A stretch of DNA of 25,904 nt, taken from the IMG/VR virus record IMGVR_UViG_2724679293_000033, positions 1-25,904 of that record; one strand, 5' to 3'. A program made the translations under genes and the position numbers. The notes beneath the pieces were generated by a model. The model worked only from the letters and a program-made list of their open reading frames with translations. It made no database searches and had not been told where the DNA came from. The stretch is from a virus. Its lineage: Duplodnaviria; Heunggongvirae; Uroviricota; Caudoviricetes. Below are positions 1 to 7,758 of the stretch, piece by piece; position 1 is the first letter of the stretch, and the number at the start of each line of letters is the position of its first letter.

Positions 1-1164
1 TTACGCCTTCTTTATATCCTCCATAATTCCAGAGTGGGACATATTTGGGACATTATCACCAAAAATGTCGTCTATTTTCCTCGCATGCTCTGTCAAATGA
101 TTAGGCGCAAGGTGAGCATACCTACGAACCATTTCTATGGACTCCCATCCGCCCATTTCCTGAAGCACTGATAATGGGACGCCTGACTGAATCAGCCAGC
201 TTGCCCAGGTGTGTCTGAGGTCATGGAAACGGAAATCTTCAATTCCTGCACGACGACAAGCTGATAGCCATGATGTCTTGCTGTCGATGCGCATCTTCCT
301 GACCGCAGGCGTTGATGTTCCATCTGCTCGCTTAGCCGCCTTGGTATGTACAAACACCCATTTGTGATGCTTGCCTATTTGATCACGCAACACTTTACAG
401 GCGGTATCGTTCAGCGCCACACCAATGGCGCGGTTTGATTTGCTCTCTTCTGGATTCACCCAGGCAACTCGTCGCTGCATGTCGATTTGTTGCCATTCCA
501 GATTTATGATGTTCGACTTTCTCAGACCAGTTGCCAGCGCAAACTTGACGACAGATTTCAGTGGTTCGGGGCACTCATCAATAAGGCGTTTTGCTTCCTC
601 CTTTTCCAGCCATCTGACTCGCTTGTTTCTGACCGCTGGTATCTTGATGACAGGCGCTTTTTCCAGCCACTTCCAGTCGCGTTCTGCAGCACGGAGAATG
701 GCCTTTATCATGGCAAGATGCTTTGCCTTTGTCTGAGTTGATACTGGCTTTGGTTCATAAACAGGCGGTTCTTTACCTTTCCTGATGGCGGCCTGAACTT
801 TCTGTTTCCATATTTCTTTCGTCTTTCTGTTATGCATTCTGCTTACAGCAGAGTAAATCTTTGCCTCCGAGATATCTTTAAGCCTTATACCCTCAAAATG
901 TTCAAGCCAGAACTCAATCCGGCTTTTATCTGAATCGAGAGATTTTTTATCAGCTTTTTCCTCAAGCCATCTTAGGCAGGCCTCTTCAAAAGTGACATCA
1001 GGTAAATCCCCTAGCTTTTCTACTCGCCAGAGTTCTGCTTTTCGCTTGTCGTGCAACTCCTGAGCTTGCCGCTTGTCCTTTGTGCCAAGAGATTCCTTAA
1101 TTCGTTTCCCGCCCGGGAGCGAATACGAGGCATACCATATTTCATTTCTGCGGAAGAGTGACAT
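1..1164 (-). CDS. int: Tyrosine-type phage integrase (DLP12 IntD-like)
   Basis: 387-aa ORF; C-terminal catalytic region with [11 protein letters not shown] and RRYAHL motifs typical of tyrosine recombinases; recalled near-identity to E. coli DLP12 integrase; sits beside an excisionase-like gene. Confidence 0.95.
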   Translation of the reverse strand: MSLFRRNEIWYASYSLPGGKRIKESLGTKDKRQAQELHDKRKAELWRVEKLGDLPDVTFEEACLRWLEEKADKKSLDSDKSRIEFWLEHFEGIRLKDISEAKIYSAVSRMHNRKTKEIWKQKVQAAIRKGKEPPVYEPKPVSTQTKAKHLAMIKAILRAAERDWKWLEKAPVIKIPAVRNKRVRWLEKEEAKRLIDECPEPLKSVVKFALATGLRKSNIINLEWQQIDMQRRVAWVNPEESKSNRAIGVALNDTACKVLRDQIGKHHKWVFVHTKAAKRADGTSTPAVRKMRIDSKTSWLSACRRAGIEDFRFHDLRHTWASWLIQSGVPLSVLQEMGGWESIEMVRRYAHLAPNHLTEHARKIDDIFGDNVPNMSHSGIMEDIKKA

Positions 1165-1391
1165 TTTCTTTCCTCTGTTATGCCATCACCCGCGCTCACC
1201 TGGACAGTATGCAGCGGAGACTGAAGCGCCGCAATGCAGGCTTGCCGTGTTGTGAGGTAAGGAGATTTTGGCTTGGTTGGATCTTTACGTGTTGCCTGTA
1301 GGCGGCCTGTTCGTATCCAGTTGGTGGCGGTTGGTCTGGATATCTTAAGAAACTGACAGGCCTCATCGAGTGTGAGGCTGTATGATTCCAT
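1020..1391 (-). CDS. xis: Excisionase-like DNA-binding protein; start taken at MESYSL, 3' end overlaps int by ~145 nt
   Basis: N-terminal winged-helix/excisionase-like segment [26 protein letters not shown]; position immediately upstream of int on the same strand. True C-terminus uncertain; 123 codons is long for an Xis. Confidence 0.65.
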   Translation of the reverse strand: MESYSLTLDEACQFLKISRPTATNWIRTGRLQATRKDPTKPKSPYLTTRQACIAALQSPLHTVQVSAGDGITEERKCHSSAEMKYGMPRIRSRAGNELRNLLAQRTSGKLRSCTTSEKQNSGE

Positions 1392-1641
1392 GGTTACCTC
1401 TGCTTTTTGAACGCATGTCACGTAACTTCTTAATGTGTTCTGCCGTTTCGATCTCTTCTGCTGTCCGATCTGCATCAGCTTTATTCACAGGTTCAAAGTC
1501 ATGATTAAAGCGGAACATGCTGGCGATACATGTTCTGCCTTTTCGGATGTAGTGAACTTTGTTGTGGGTAGAACGCAGGATTTTGCAGGGAGTGCCGTGG
1601 TGGTCGACGTACCAGGTGTTAGGAAAAATGATTCTGAACAT
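1363..1641 (-). CDS. Hypothetical early-left-operon protein (92 aa)
   Basis: ORF co-oriented with int-xis, overlaps xis start by ~9 codons; no family recognised. Confidence 0.45.
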   Translation of the reverse strand: MFRIIFPNTWYVDHHGTPCKILRSTHNKVHYIRKGRTCIASMFRFNHDFEPVNKADADRTAEEIETAEHIKKLRDMRSKSRGNHGIIQPHTR

Positions 1642-1688
1642 TTTTACACCTCAGTTGGACGATGTTGAAATTTGCTGCTTTGAGGCCA

Positions 1689-1907
1689 TCACAGTCCCCA
1701 TTGTTTGTTCTTAAGTTCGATCTCCTCCTGGCAACTTGCACAAGTCCGACAACCCTGAACAGCCAGGCGTCTTCGCTCATCTATCGGATCGCCACACTCA
1801 CAACAATGAGTTGCGGATACAGTCTGGTAGTTCTGACGACGCATTTTTATTGCTGTATTGCGCTGTAATTCTTCGATTTCTGATGCTGAATCAATGATGT
1901 CTGCCAT
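1689..1907 (-). CDS. TraR/DksA-family C4 zinc-finger protein
   Basis: 72-aa ORF with CCECGDPIDERRRLAVQGCRTCASCQ (CxxC-17-CxxC), the pattern of phage/plasmid TraR-like proteins. Confidence 0.7.
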   Translation of the reverse strand: MADIIDSASEIEELQRNTAIKMRRQNYQTVSATHCCECGDPIDERRRLAVQGCRTCASCQEEIELKNKQWGL

Positions 1908-1959
1908 CTTCCATTAATCCCTGAATTGTTGGTTAATACGCTTGAGGATGAATGCGAAC

Positions 1960-1984
1960 AATAAAAAAGGAGCCTGTAGCTCCC
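1960..1984 (-). terminator. Candidate rho-independent terminator inside the leftward early operon
   Basis: Hairpin ggagc-ctgta-gctcc at 1969-1983; on the minus-strand transcript it is followed by UUUUUUAU; lies ~20 nt downstream of the 2006..2287 ORF stop. Confidence 0.5.
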
Positions 1985-2005
1985 TGATGATTTTGCTTTT
2001 CATGT

Positions 2006-2287
2006 TCACCGTTCCTTAAAGACGCCGTTTAACATGCCGATCGCCAGGCTTAAATGAGTCGGTGTGAATCCCATCAGCGTTACCGTTTCGCGGTGCTTCT
2101 TTAGTACGCTACGGCAAATGTCATCGACGTTTTTATCCGGAAAATGCTGTCTGGCTTTTTTGATTTCAGAATTAGCCTGACGGGCAATGCTGCGAAGGGC
2201 GTTTTCTTGCTGAGGTGTCATTGAACAAGCCCCATGTCGGCAAGCATAAGCACACAGAATATGAAGCCCGCTGCCAGAAAAATGCAT
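2006..2287 (-). CDS. Hypothetical protein (93 aa; alternative start at 2221 gives 71 aa)
   Basis: ORF in early-left operon; first ATG lacks a Shine-Dalgarno, internal Met at 2221 has a GGGG ~9 nt upstream. Confidence 0.4.
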   Translation of the reverse strand: MHFSGSGLHILCAYACRHGACSMTPQQENALRSIARQANSEIKKARQHFPDKNVDDICRSVLKKHRETVTLMGFTPTHLSLAIGMLNGVFKER

Positions 2288-2297
2288 TCAGTGGTTG

Positions 2298-2489
2298 TCA
2301 TACCTGGTCTCTCTCATCTGCTTCTGCTTTCGCCACCATCATTTCCAGCTTTTGTGAAAGGGATGTGGCTAACGTATGAAATTCTTCGTCTGTTTCTACT
2401 GGTATTGGCACAAACCTGACTCCAATTTGAGCAAGGCTATGTGCCATCTCAATACTCGTTCTTAACTCAACAGGAGATGCTTTGTGCAT
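2298..2489 (-). CDS. Small acidic early protein, possibly RacC-like
   Basis: 63-aa ORF; segment AHSLAQIGVRFVPIPVETDEEFHTLATSLSQKLEMMVAKAEADE resembles my recollection of RacC-type proteins of E. coli lambdoid prophages (unverified). Confidence 0.5.
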   Translation of the reverse strand: MHKASPVELRTSIEMAHSLAQIGVRFVPIPVETDEEFHTLATSLSQKLEMMVAKAEADERDQV

Positions 2490-2650
2490 ACCGCCTCCCG
2501 TTTATTATTTATCTTCTCAGCCAGCCGCTGTGCTTTCAGTGGATTTCTGATAACAGAAAGGCCGGGAAATACCCAGCCTCGCTTTGTAACGGAGTAGACG
2601 AAAGTGATCGCGCCTACCCGGATATTATCGTGAGGATGCGTCATCGCCAT
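2462..2650 (-). CDS. Hypothetical small ORF downstream of exo
   Basis: 62-aa ORF overlapping the exo stop by 10 nt and the next gene by 28 nt; no family recognised; could be spurious. Confidence 0.3.
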   Translation of the reverse strand: MAMTHPHDNIRVGAITFVYSVTKRGWVFPGLSVIRNPLKAQRLAEKINNKREAVCTKHLLLS

Positions 2651-3321
2651 TGCTCCCCAAATACAAAACCAATTTCAGCCAGTGCCTCGTCCATTTTTTC
2701 GATGAACTCCGGCACCATCTCGTCAAAACTCGCCATGTACTTTTCATTCCGCTCAATCACGACATAATGCAGGCCTTCACGCTTCATGCGCGGGTCATAG
2801 TTGGCAAAGTACCAGGCATCTTTTCGCGTCACCCACATGCTGTACTGCACCTGGGCCATGTAAGCCGATTTTATTGCCTCGAAACCACCGAGCCGGAATT
2901 TCATGAAATCCCGGGAGGTAAACGGGCATTTCAGTTCAAGGCCGTTGCCGTCACTGCATAAACCATCGGGAGAGCAGGCGGTGCGCATACTTTCGTCGCG
3001 ATAGATGATCGGGGATTCAGTAATATTCACGCCGGAAGTGAATTCAAACAGGGTTCTGGCGTCGTTCTCGTACTGTTTTCCCCAGGCCAGCGCCTTAGCA
3101 TTAACTTCCGGAGCCACACCGGTGCAAACCTCAGCCAGCAGGGTGTGGAAGTAGGACATTTTCATGTCAGGCCACTTCTTTCCTGAGCGGGGCTTTGCTA
3201 TCACGTTGTGAACTTCTGAAGCGGTGATGACGCCGAGCCGTAATTTGTGCCATGCATCATCCCCCTGTTCGACAGCTCTCACGTCGATCCCGGTACGCTG
3301 CAGGATAATGTCCGGTATCAT
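2641..3321 (-). CDS. exo: Lambda-type exonuclease (Red-alpha)
   Basis: 226-aa ORF; sequence ([40 protein letters not shown]...GFVFGEQWR) matches lambda Exo as I recall it almost residue for residue. Confidence 0.97.
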   Translation of the reverse strand: MIPDIILQRTGIDVRAVEQGDDAWHKLRLGVITASEVHNVIAKPRSGKKWPDMKMSYFHTLLAEVCTGVAPEVNAKALAWGKQYENDARTLFEFTSGVNITESPIIYRDESMRTACSPDGLCSDGNGLELKCPFTSRDFMKFRLGGFEAIKSAYMAQVQYSMWVTRKDAWYFANYDPRMKREGLHYVVIERNEKYMASFDEMVPEFIEKMDEALAEIGFVFGEQWR

Positions 3322-4103
3322 GCTGCCACCTTCTGCTCAGTGGCTTTCTGTTTCAGGAATCCAAGAGCTTTCACTGCTTCGGCCTGTGTCAGTTCTGACG
3401 ATGCGCGAATGTCGCGGCGAAATATCTGGGAACAGAGCGGCAATAAGTCGTCATCCCATGTTTTATCCAGGGCGATCAGCAGAGTGTTAATCTCCTGCAT
3501 GGTTTCATCGTTAACCGGAGTGATGTCGCGTTCTGGCTGACGTTCTGCAGTGTATGCAGTATTTTCGACAATGCGCTCGGCTTCATCCTTGTCATAGATA
3601 CCAGCAAATCCGAAGGCCAGACGGGCACACTGAATCATGGCTTTATGCCGTAACATCCGTTTGGGATGCGACTGCCACGGCCCCGTGATTTCTCTGCCTT
3701 CGCGGGTTTTGAATGGTTCGCGGCGGCATTCATCCATCCATTCGGTAACGCAGATCGGATGATTACGGTCCTTGCGGTAAATCCGGCATGTACAGGATTC
3801 ATTGTCCTGCTCAAAGTCCATGCCATCAAACTGCTGGTTTTCATTGATGATGCGGGACCAGCCATCAACGCCCACCACCGGAACAATGCCGTTCTGCTTA
3901 TCAGGGAAGGCGTAAATTTCTTTCGTCCACGGATTAAGGCCGTACTGGTTGGCGACGATCAACAATGCGATGAACTGCGCATCGCTGGCATCACCTTTAA
4001 ATGCCGTCTGGCGAAGAGTGGTGATCAGTTCCTGTGGGTCGACAGAATCCATGCCGACACGTTCAGCCAGCTTCCCTGCCAGCGTTGCGAGTGCTGTACT
4101 CAT
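3318..4103 (-). CDS. bet: Single-strand annealing protein Bet (Red-beta)
   Basis: 261-aa [62 protein letters not shown]... matches lambda Bet; ATGA overlap with exo. Confidence 0.97.
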   Translation of the reverse strand: MSTALATLAGKLAERVGMDSVDPQELITTLRQTAFKGDASDAQFIALLIVANQYGLNPWTKEIYAFPDKQNGIVPVVGVDGWSRIINENQQFDGMDFEQDNESCTCRIYRKDRNHPICVTEWMDECRREPFKTREGREITGPWQSHPKRMLRHKAMIQCARLAFGFAGIYDKDEAERIVENTAYTAERQPERDITPVNDETMQEINTLLIALDKTWDDDLLPLCSQIFRRDIRASSELTQAEAVKALGFLKQKATEQKVAA

Positions 4104-4108
4104 CCGTT

Positions 4109-4405
4109 TTATACCTCTGAATCAATATCAACCTGGTGGTGAGCAATGGTTTCAACCATGTACCGGATGTGTTCTGCCATGCGCTCCTGAAACTCAACAT
4201 CGTCATCAAACGCACGGGTAATGGCTTTTTTGCTGGCCCCGTGGCGTTGCAAATGATCGATGCATAGCGATTCAAACAGGTGCTGGGGCAGGCCTTTTTC
4301 CATGTCGTCTGCCAGTTCTGCCTCTTTCTCTTCACGGGCGATCTGCTGGTAGTGACGCGCCCAGCTCTGAGCCTCAAGACGATCCTGAATGTAATAAGCG
4401 TTCAT
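4109..4405 (-). CDS. gam: Gam, RecBCD inhibitor (98-codon form)
   Basis: [39 protein letters not shown]...VDIDSEV matches lambda Gam; the upstream in-frame region reaches a stop 26 codons up with no start, so only the short form is encodable. Confidence 0.9.
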   Translation of the reverse strand: MNAYYIQDRLEAQSWARHYQQIAREEKEAELADDMEKGLPQHLFESLCIDHLQRHGASKKAITRAFDDDVEFQERMAEHIRYMVETIAHHQVDIDSEV

Positions 4406-4480
4406 GGCTGAACTCCTGAAAATGGCTGTGAAAAAATCGCCCGCGGAATGCCAGGCTGATTCGGAAAACAGGAAAGGGGA

Positions 4481-4771
4481 TTAGTGATTCAGACCGTTGC
4501 CGCGTCCGTCGAGAAAAACTTCCACGAGCAAGTCACGGGTATAAGTGCGCTCAATGCCGCGATGCAGATAAAGTCGTCCGCGTAAATTAGCTGATGCAGT
4601 CCAGGTACCATCTTTGCGTTTGACCAGCATTCCTGGCATGACCGCACCGCGATTAACGGTCTGCGTTCCGTAATGTTGATGAACCATAAAAACTCCTGCC
4701 CGTAAGCTGGGCTGCTGAACATATAAAGACTTCTGCGCGTATTCAGGCGGTGGATGGCCGCCGGTTGTCAT
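4481..4771 (-). CDS. Basic 96-aa protein, first sizeable ORF downstream of the pL region; possibly the C-terminal part of an N-like antiterminator, or a Kil-like protein
   Basis: ORF between the operator-like region and gam; same frame as an upstream 20-codon ORF (4858..4799) encoding arginine-rich MKRTRERRCDQ..., separated by a single TAG. Confidence 0.5.
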   Translation of the reverse strand: MTTGGHPPPEYAQKSLYVQQPSLRAGVFMVHQHYGTQTVNRGAVMPGMLVKRKDGTWTASANLRGRLYLHRGIERTYTRDLLVEVFLDGRGNGLNH

Positions 4772-4974
4772 AACTAAGCCGCCTCGTTGAAGCGACTAAG
4801 GTATGAAATGTTGAGTTGATTTCAGCTGGTCACACCGACGTTCACGCGTCCGTTTCATCCCTCGCACTCCCCGAAGCCTGCTGAAATTCAAGCTGCGGAT
4901 CTAAGCGGTCATCGCAACGGTGAATCAGGTGATTGCCGTATCGTTGTGTTGTTGCGATGAACTCATTTAAAACT

Positions 4975-5045
4975 GTAGTTGTTTTATCGTCAACAACAAA
5001 AGTTGTTTTGTTGGTTGTTTTAGATATAACTGGTTGTATTTAAGA
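4975..5045 (-). promoter_or_regulatory. Candidate oL/pL operator-promoter region
   Basis: Clustered GTTGTT/AACAAC inverted repeats and two TGGTTGT motifs (5012-5018, 5033-5039) that recur in the cI-cro intergenic region; correct position for leftward early promoter. Confidence 0.4.
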
Positions 5046-5137
5046 TGGATTTATTTTGTGACTTGCATCGCATAGCGATAACTGAAGCGAGGTCGTGGTG
5101 GTTTTTTTGAACGGTGTATGATGAGGGGAGGGCAAAA

Positions 5138-5170
5138 GAAAACCCGGCACGGTGGCCGGGTTTAGATGAT
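5138..5170 (-). terminator. Rho-independent terminator ending the cI-side leftward transcript (tImm-like)
   Basis: Perfect 6-bp stem cccggc-acggtg-gccggg at 5143-5160; on the minus-strand transcript followed by UUUUCUUUUG. Confidence 0.6.
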
Positions 5171-5237
5171 TGGTTAAGAGCGAGGGTAATGGGGAATGAA
5201 AAATCGCTTTACCTAATGCAAGGGTGCGAGCATTTTC

Positions 5238-5681
5238 TTAAGCACTAAAGAAAAAGTACATTGATAGCTTATAAAGTCCTGTTCCTGCAGCGATGATTGC
5301 TGGAACACCAAGCAATACCGCAAGCTTTGCGTCTGAAATCTTTCTATCGACAGCATCACTTGATGGCTTGTTTGTTAAGGATTCTTTTATAGAGTCCAGA
5401 CGTGCAAGAATAGTTATCATATTTTTGTCGATAGCTTTAACGTCTGTTTTAAGTTCATCAACGTCTCGTTTGATATGAGCAACATCGGACTCCAGTTTTG
5501 CAACTTTTTCAGGCATGTTATCACTCCCAGACCCACTGCTACCACTTGATTGTAGCATGTCCCATCTTTTTCCAGATATACCTGCTAGCTGGGAAGACGC
5601 ACTGGAGTGCAAACAAAATGATTCTGCCGCCTTTGCAATTTTATCATTTAGGTTTGGAGCTTCGTAATAATCGTGTTTCAT
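5238..5681 (-). CDS. Uncharacterised 147-aa protein with central coiled-coil-like segment and C-terminal hydrophobic helix (predicted membrane anchor)
   Basis: ORF co-oriented with cI; heptad-like EKVAKLESDVAHIKRDVDELKTDVKAIDKNMITILARLDSIKESL followed by LAVLLGVPAIIAAGTGLYKL; AT-rich; no family recognised. Confidence 0.6.
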   Translation of the reverse strand: MKHDYYEAPNLNDKIAKAAESFCLHSSASSQLAGISGKRWDMLQSSGSSGSGSDNMPEKVAKLESDVAHIKRDVDELKTDVKAIDKNMITILARLDSIKESLTNKPSSDAVDRKISDAKLAVLLGVPAIIAAGTGLYKLSMYFFFSA

Positions 5682-5693
5682 AATTAATTACGA

Positions 5694-5957
5694 TTAGTTT
5701 GTTTTAGCTTTGTCATGCTGGTCGCGAATGAAGTCAGCCAATTTAAGCATCAATTCTTCGGGCATTCTAATGGTTGCAATGTTGTACTTTATGTTCTCAA
5801 CATCGTCACTTTCATCAACAGGCCATTCAGTTACATTATGAAAAAAAGAAATTGAACCTAGGCGCTGAGAGCCGTCACCAAACGAAGAGTAGCCAAACGC
5901 GTCGGCGTATGCATCGACACAGTTATTTGATTTTTTAACAAGTGTTTTATTACTCAT
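5694..5957 (-). CDS. Uncharacterised 87-aa acidic protein
   Basis: ORF 12 nt upstream of the 147-aa gene on the same strand, directly downstream of cI; no family recognised. Confidence 0.55.
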   Translation of the reverse strand: MSNKTLVKKSNNCVDAYADAFGYSSFGDGSQRLGSISFFHNVTEWPVDESDDVENIKYNIATIRMPEELMLKLADFIRDQHDKAKTN

Positions 5958-6038
5958 TTTTGCCTTTCCCGTAATGTTATTTTTTATAAGGTATTTTCTT
6001 CAGCGTATTACCCAAAAGCCTCATCAACACGCGGCTGA

Positions 6039-6728
6039 TTATCCGTGTTTTCTGTACGTCTGCGGCATGCTCCCAATAACCTTACCGAATATGAATACCC
6101 GGTTCATCTCGTCTTTCTCGATAGGGTCCCACGGTGAGTAGCTCTTGTTATCAGAGATAACCAGCAGTTTATCCTTCATCATTTGCAGGCGCTTTACATG
6201 GGCGGTGTCGTCGTACAGAAATGCATAGATACCATCACCGTCGAAAGATTTAACCGTGATATCAACGAACAGCAGATCACCTGGTTCGATCGTTCCTGAC
6301 ATGCTGTCACCACGCACGTTAATGATGCGGATATTTTCTGCCTTCCTACCATCGAACATGTGACGAGCATCGTCAAACGAGTACTCAACCGAGCGTAGAA
6401 CTTCTACAAACTCACGGTTGATGACTCCCGGCCCAGCACTGACTTCTATATCAAGAACGTCAATCTTGAAGTATTTGGAATGGCTGACAGTTGATTGTAT
6501 TGGTTGCACTGTACTGTCTGACATATTTCCAACGCCAGAAGATAACCATTCTGCGCGCACACCCAAAGCGTTCGCGATCTCCACGATTTTAGTTGTTTGA
6601 TTAGCTTTCCCTGTTTCGATTTTCTGAATAGCAGCCTGGCTAACCCCGACCAAATCCCCAAGCGCCTTTTGTGTAAGGCCTCGCGCTAATCTGGCTTCTT
6701 TAAGTCTTTCTGAGAGTGTTGTTTTCAT
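6039..6728 (-). CDS. cI: CI-type prophage repressor (HTH_XRE N-domain + LexA/S24-like C-domain)
   Basis: Start at MKTTLSERLKEARLARGLTQKALGDLVGVSQAAIQKIE (helix-turn-helix); C-terminal region with NVRGDSMSGTIEPGDLLFVD and VKRL (Ser/Lys autocleavage dyad context); divergent from cro. Confidence 0.9.
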   Translation of the reverse strand: MKTTLSERLKEARLARGLTQKALGDLVGVSQAAIQKIETGKANQTTKIVEIANALGVRAEWLSSGVGNMSDSTVQPIQSTVSHSKYFKIDVLDIEVSAGPGVINREFVEVLRSVEYSFDDARHMFDGRKAENIRIINVRGDSMSGTIEPGDLLFVDITVKSFDGDGIYAFLYDDTAHVKRLQMMKDKLLVISDNKSYSPWDPIEKDEMNRVFIFGKVIGSMPQTYRKHG

Positions 6729-6832
6729 AGTCCAAATGTACAACCAAGGTTTTATTCCATCAAACGAAAATGGTTGTTGACTAAAAACAACCATGGTTTT
6801 AATCTTGATTCAAATTAACCACGGAGGTTGTT
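6729..6832. promoter_or_regulatory. oR region with divergent pRM (leftward) and pR (rightward)
   Basis: pR: TTGACT (6777-6782), 17-nt spacer, TAATCT (6800-6805). pRM candidate on minus strand: TTGATG-17-TACATT ending ~6 nt before the cI ATG (leaderless-like). TGGTTGT/ACAACCA motifs at 6740-6749, 6771-6779, 6787-6796 plus palindrome AACCATGGTT. Confidence 0.6.
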
Positions 6833-7063
6833 ATGAACCCAGCTATCAAAACAGCGATCAATATCGTTGGTTCACAAAAGAAACTGGGCGCTGCCTGCGA
6901 AGTTTCACAGCAGGCCGTCTATAAGTGGCTTCACAACAAAGCAAAGGTATCCCCTGAACATGTCGGCAGCATTGTTACGGCTACTGGTGGAGTAGTGAAG
7001 GCATACCAGATTCGCCCGGATCTTCCGAAGTTGTTTCCACACACCGAAAAGAACGCAGCTTAA
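6833..7063 (+). CDS. cro: Cro-like HTH repressor
   Basis: 76-aa ORF divergent from cI, preceded by GGAGG; HTH-like segment QKKLGAACEVSQQAVYKWLHNK. Confidence 0.8.
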   Translation: MNPAIKTAINIVGSQKKLGAACEVSQQAVYKWLHNKAKVSPEHVGSIVTATGGVVKAYQIRPDLPKLFPHTEKNAA

Positions 7064-7075
7064 ATTTCCATTTCA

Positions 7076-7087
7076 CGCTCTTTAACA
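7076..7087 (+). promoter_or_regulatory. boxA-like element (candidate nutR)
   Basis: CGCTCTTTAACA just downstream of cro matches the boxA consensus (lambda nut boxA CGCTCTTA; rrn boxA GCTCTTTAACAA); no obvious boxB hairpin found next to it. Confidence 0.4.
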
Positions 7088-7132
7088 ATAAGCAATCAAC
7101 TTAACAGTCAATTCAAACTAAAGGAGTCAATT

Positions 7133-7672
7133 ATGCAACCACTTCCATACCAACAGACTAGCGGATTTAGCCCGACTGCGGTGATAAATCGTTCTCAAAC
7201 AAAACAGGTGCCAGGCCACGAAAAAATCCGTGATGCCGTCCGCGCCTGGTCGGCTGTAGATAATCAGGATGTCGTTGCCACACTCATTGTGAATGAGTAT
7301 CGGGAGCAGGGCGGCGGCACCATCGATTTCCCTGATGATGTCAGCCGTACACGCCAGAAGCTGTTCCGCTTCCTCGATAACAAATTCGATTCTGAAAAAT
7401 ACCGAAATAACGTGCGTGAACTGACCCCGGCAATTCTGGCGGTACTACCGCTGGAATATCGCGGTTACCTGGTTGAGCAGGATAGCTTCATGGCTAGGTT
7501 GGCTGAAATGGAAAAGGAACTCAGTGAGGCAAAACAGGCTGTCATTCTCAACGCACCACGCCACCAGAAACTGAAGGAAATTAGTGAAGGTATTGTGTCG
7601 ATGTTTCGTGTGGACCCAGAGCTGGCTGGTCCATTGATGGCGATGGTTACTACCATGCTGGGGGCGATATGA
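7133..7672 (+). CDS. CII-like/early regulatory protein (179 aa), family uncertain
   Basis: ORF with AAGGAG RBS in the cII position between cro and O; no confident motif match. Confidence 0.5.
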   Translation: MQPLPYQQTSGFSPTAVINRSQTKQVPGHEKIRDAVRAWSAVDNQDVVATLIVNEYREQGGGTIDFPDDVSRTRQKLFRFLDNKFDSEKYRNNVRELTPAILAVLPLEYRGYLVEQDSFMARLAEMEKELSEAKQAVILNAPRHQKLKEISEGIVSMFRVDPELAGPLMAMVTTMLGAI

Positions 7673-7758
7673 CAGGTTCAGAAATGGCGAAAGCCGGTCT
7701 GCTGGAACAGAACCGACTTTCAGGTGCAAATCGTAACACACTCATTGCGGGAGGAATT

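Noticed and set aside
425-741. Two plus-strand ORFs (103 and 84 aa)
   Set aside because: Inside and antisense to the integrase gene.
3666-4142. 158-aa plus-strand ORF
   Set aside because: Entirely antisense to bet, which has overwhelming homology support; shadow ORF.
6729-6794. 22-codon N-terminal extension of cI in the ORF track (MVVFSQQPFSFDGIKPWLYIWT)
   Set aside because: It would run through the predicted pRM/oR operators; the HTH domain and a leaderless-type promoter geometry support the start at MKTTL (6728).
7669-7758. Upstream in-frame start for O (MTGSEMAKAG...)
   Set aside because: Homology to O N-termini begins at MANTAEIF, which has a strong GGGAGGA RBS; the upstream start has none. 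Kept as an alternative in the feature note.
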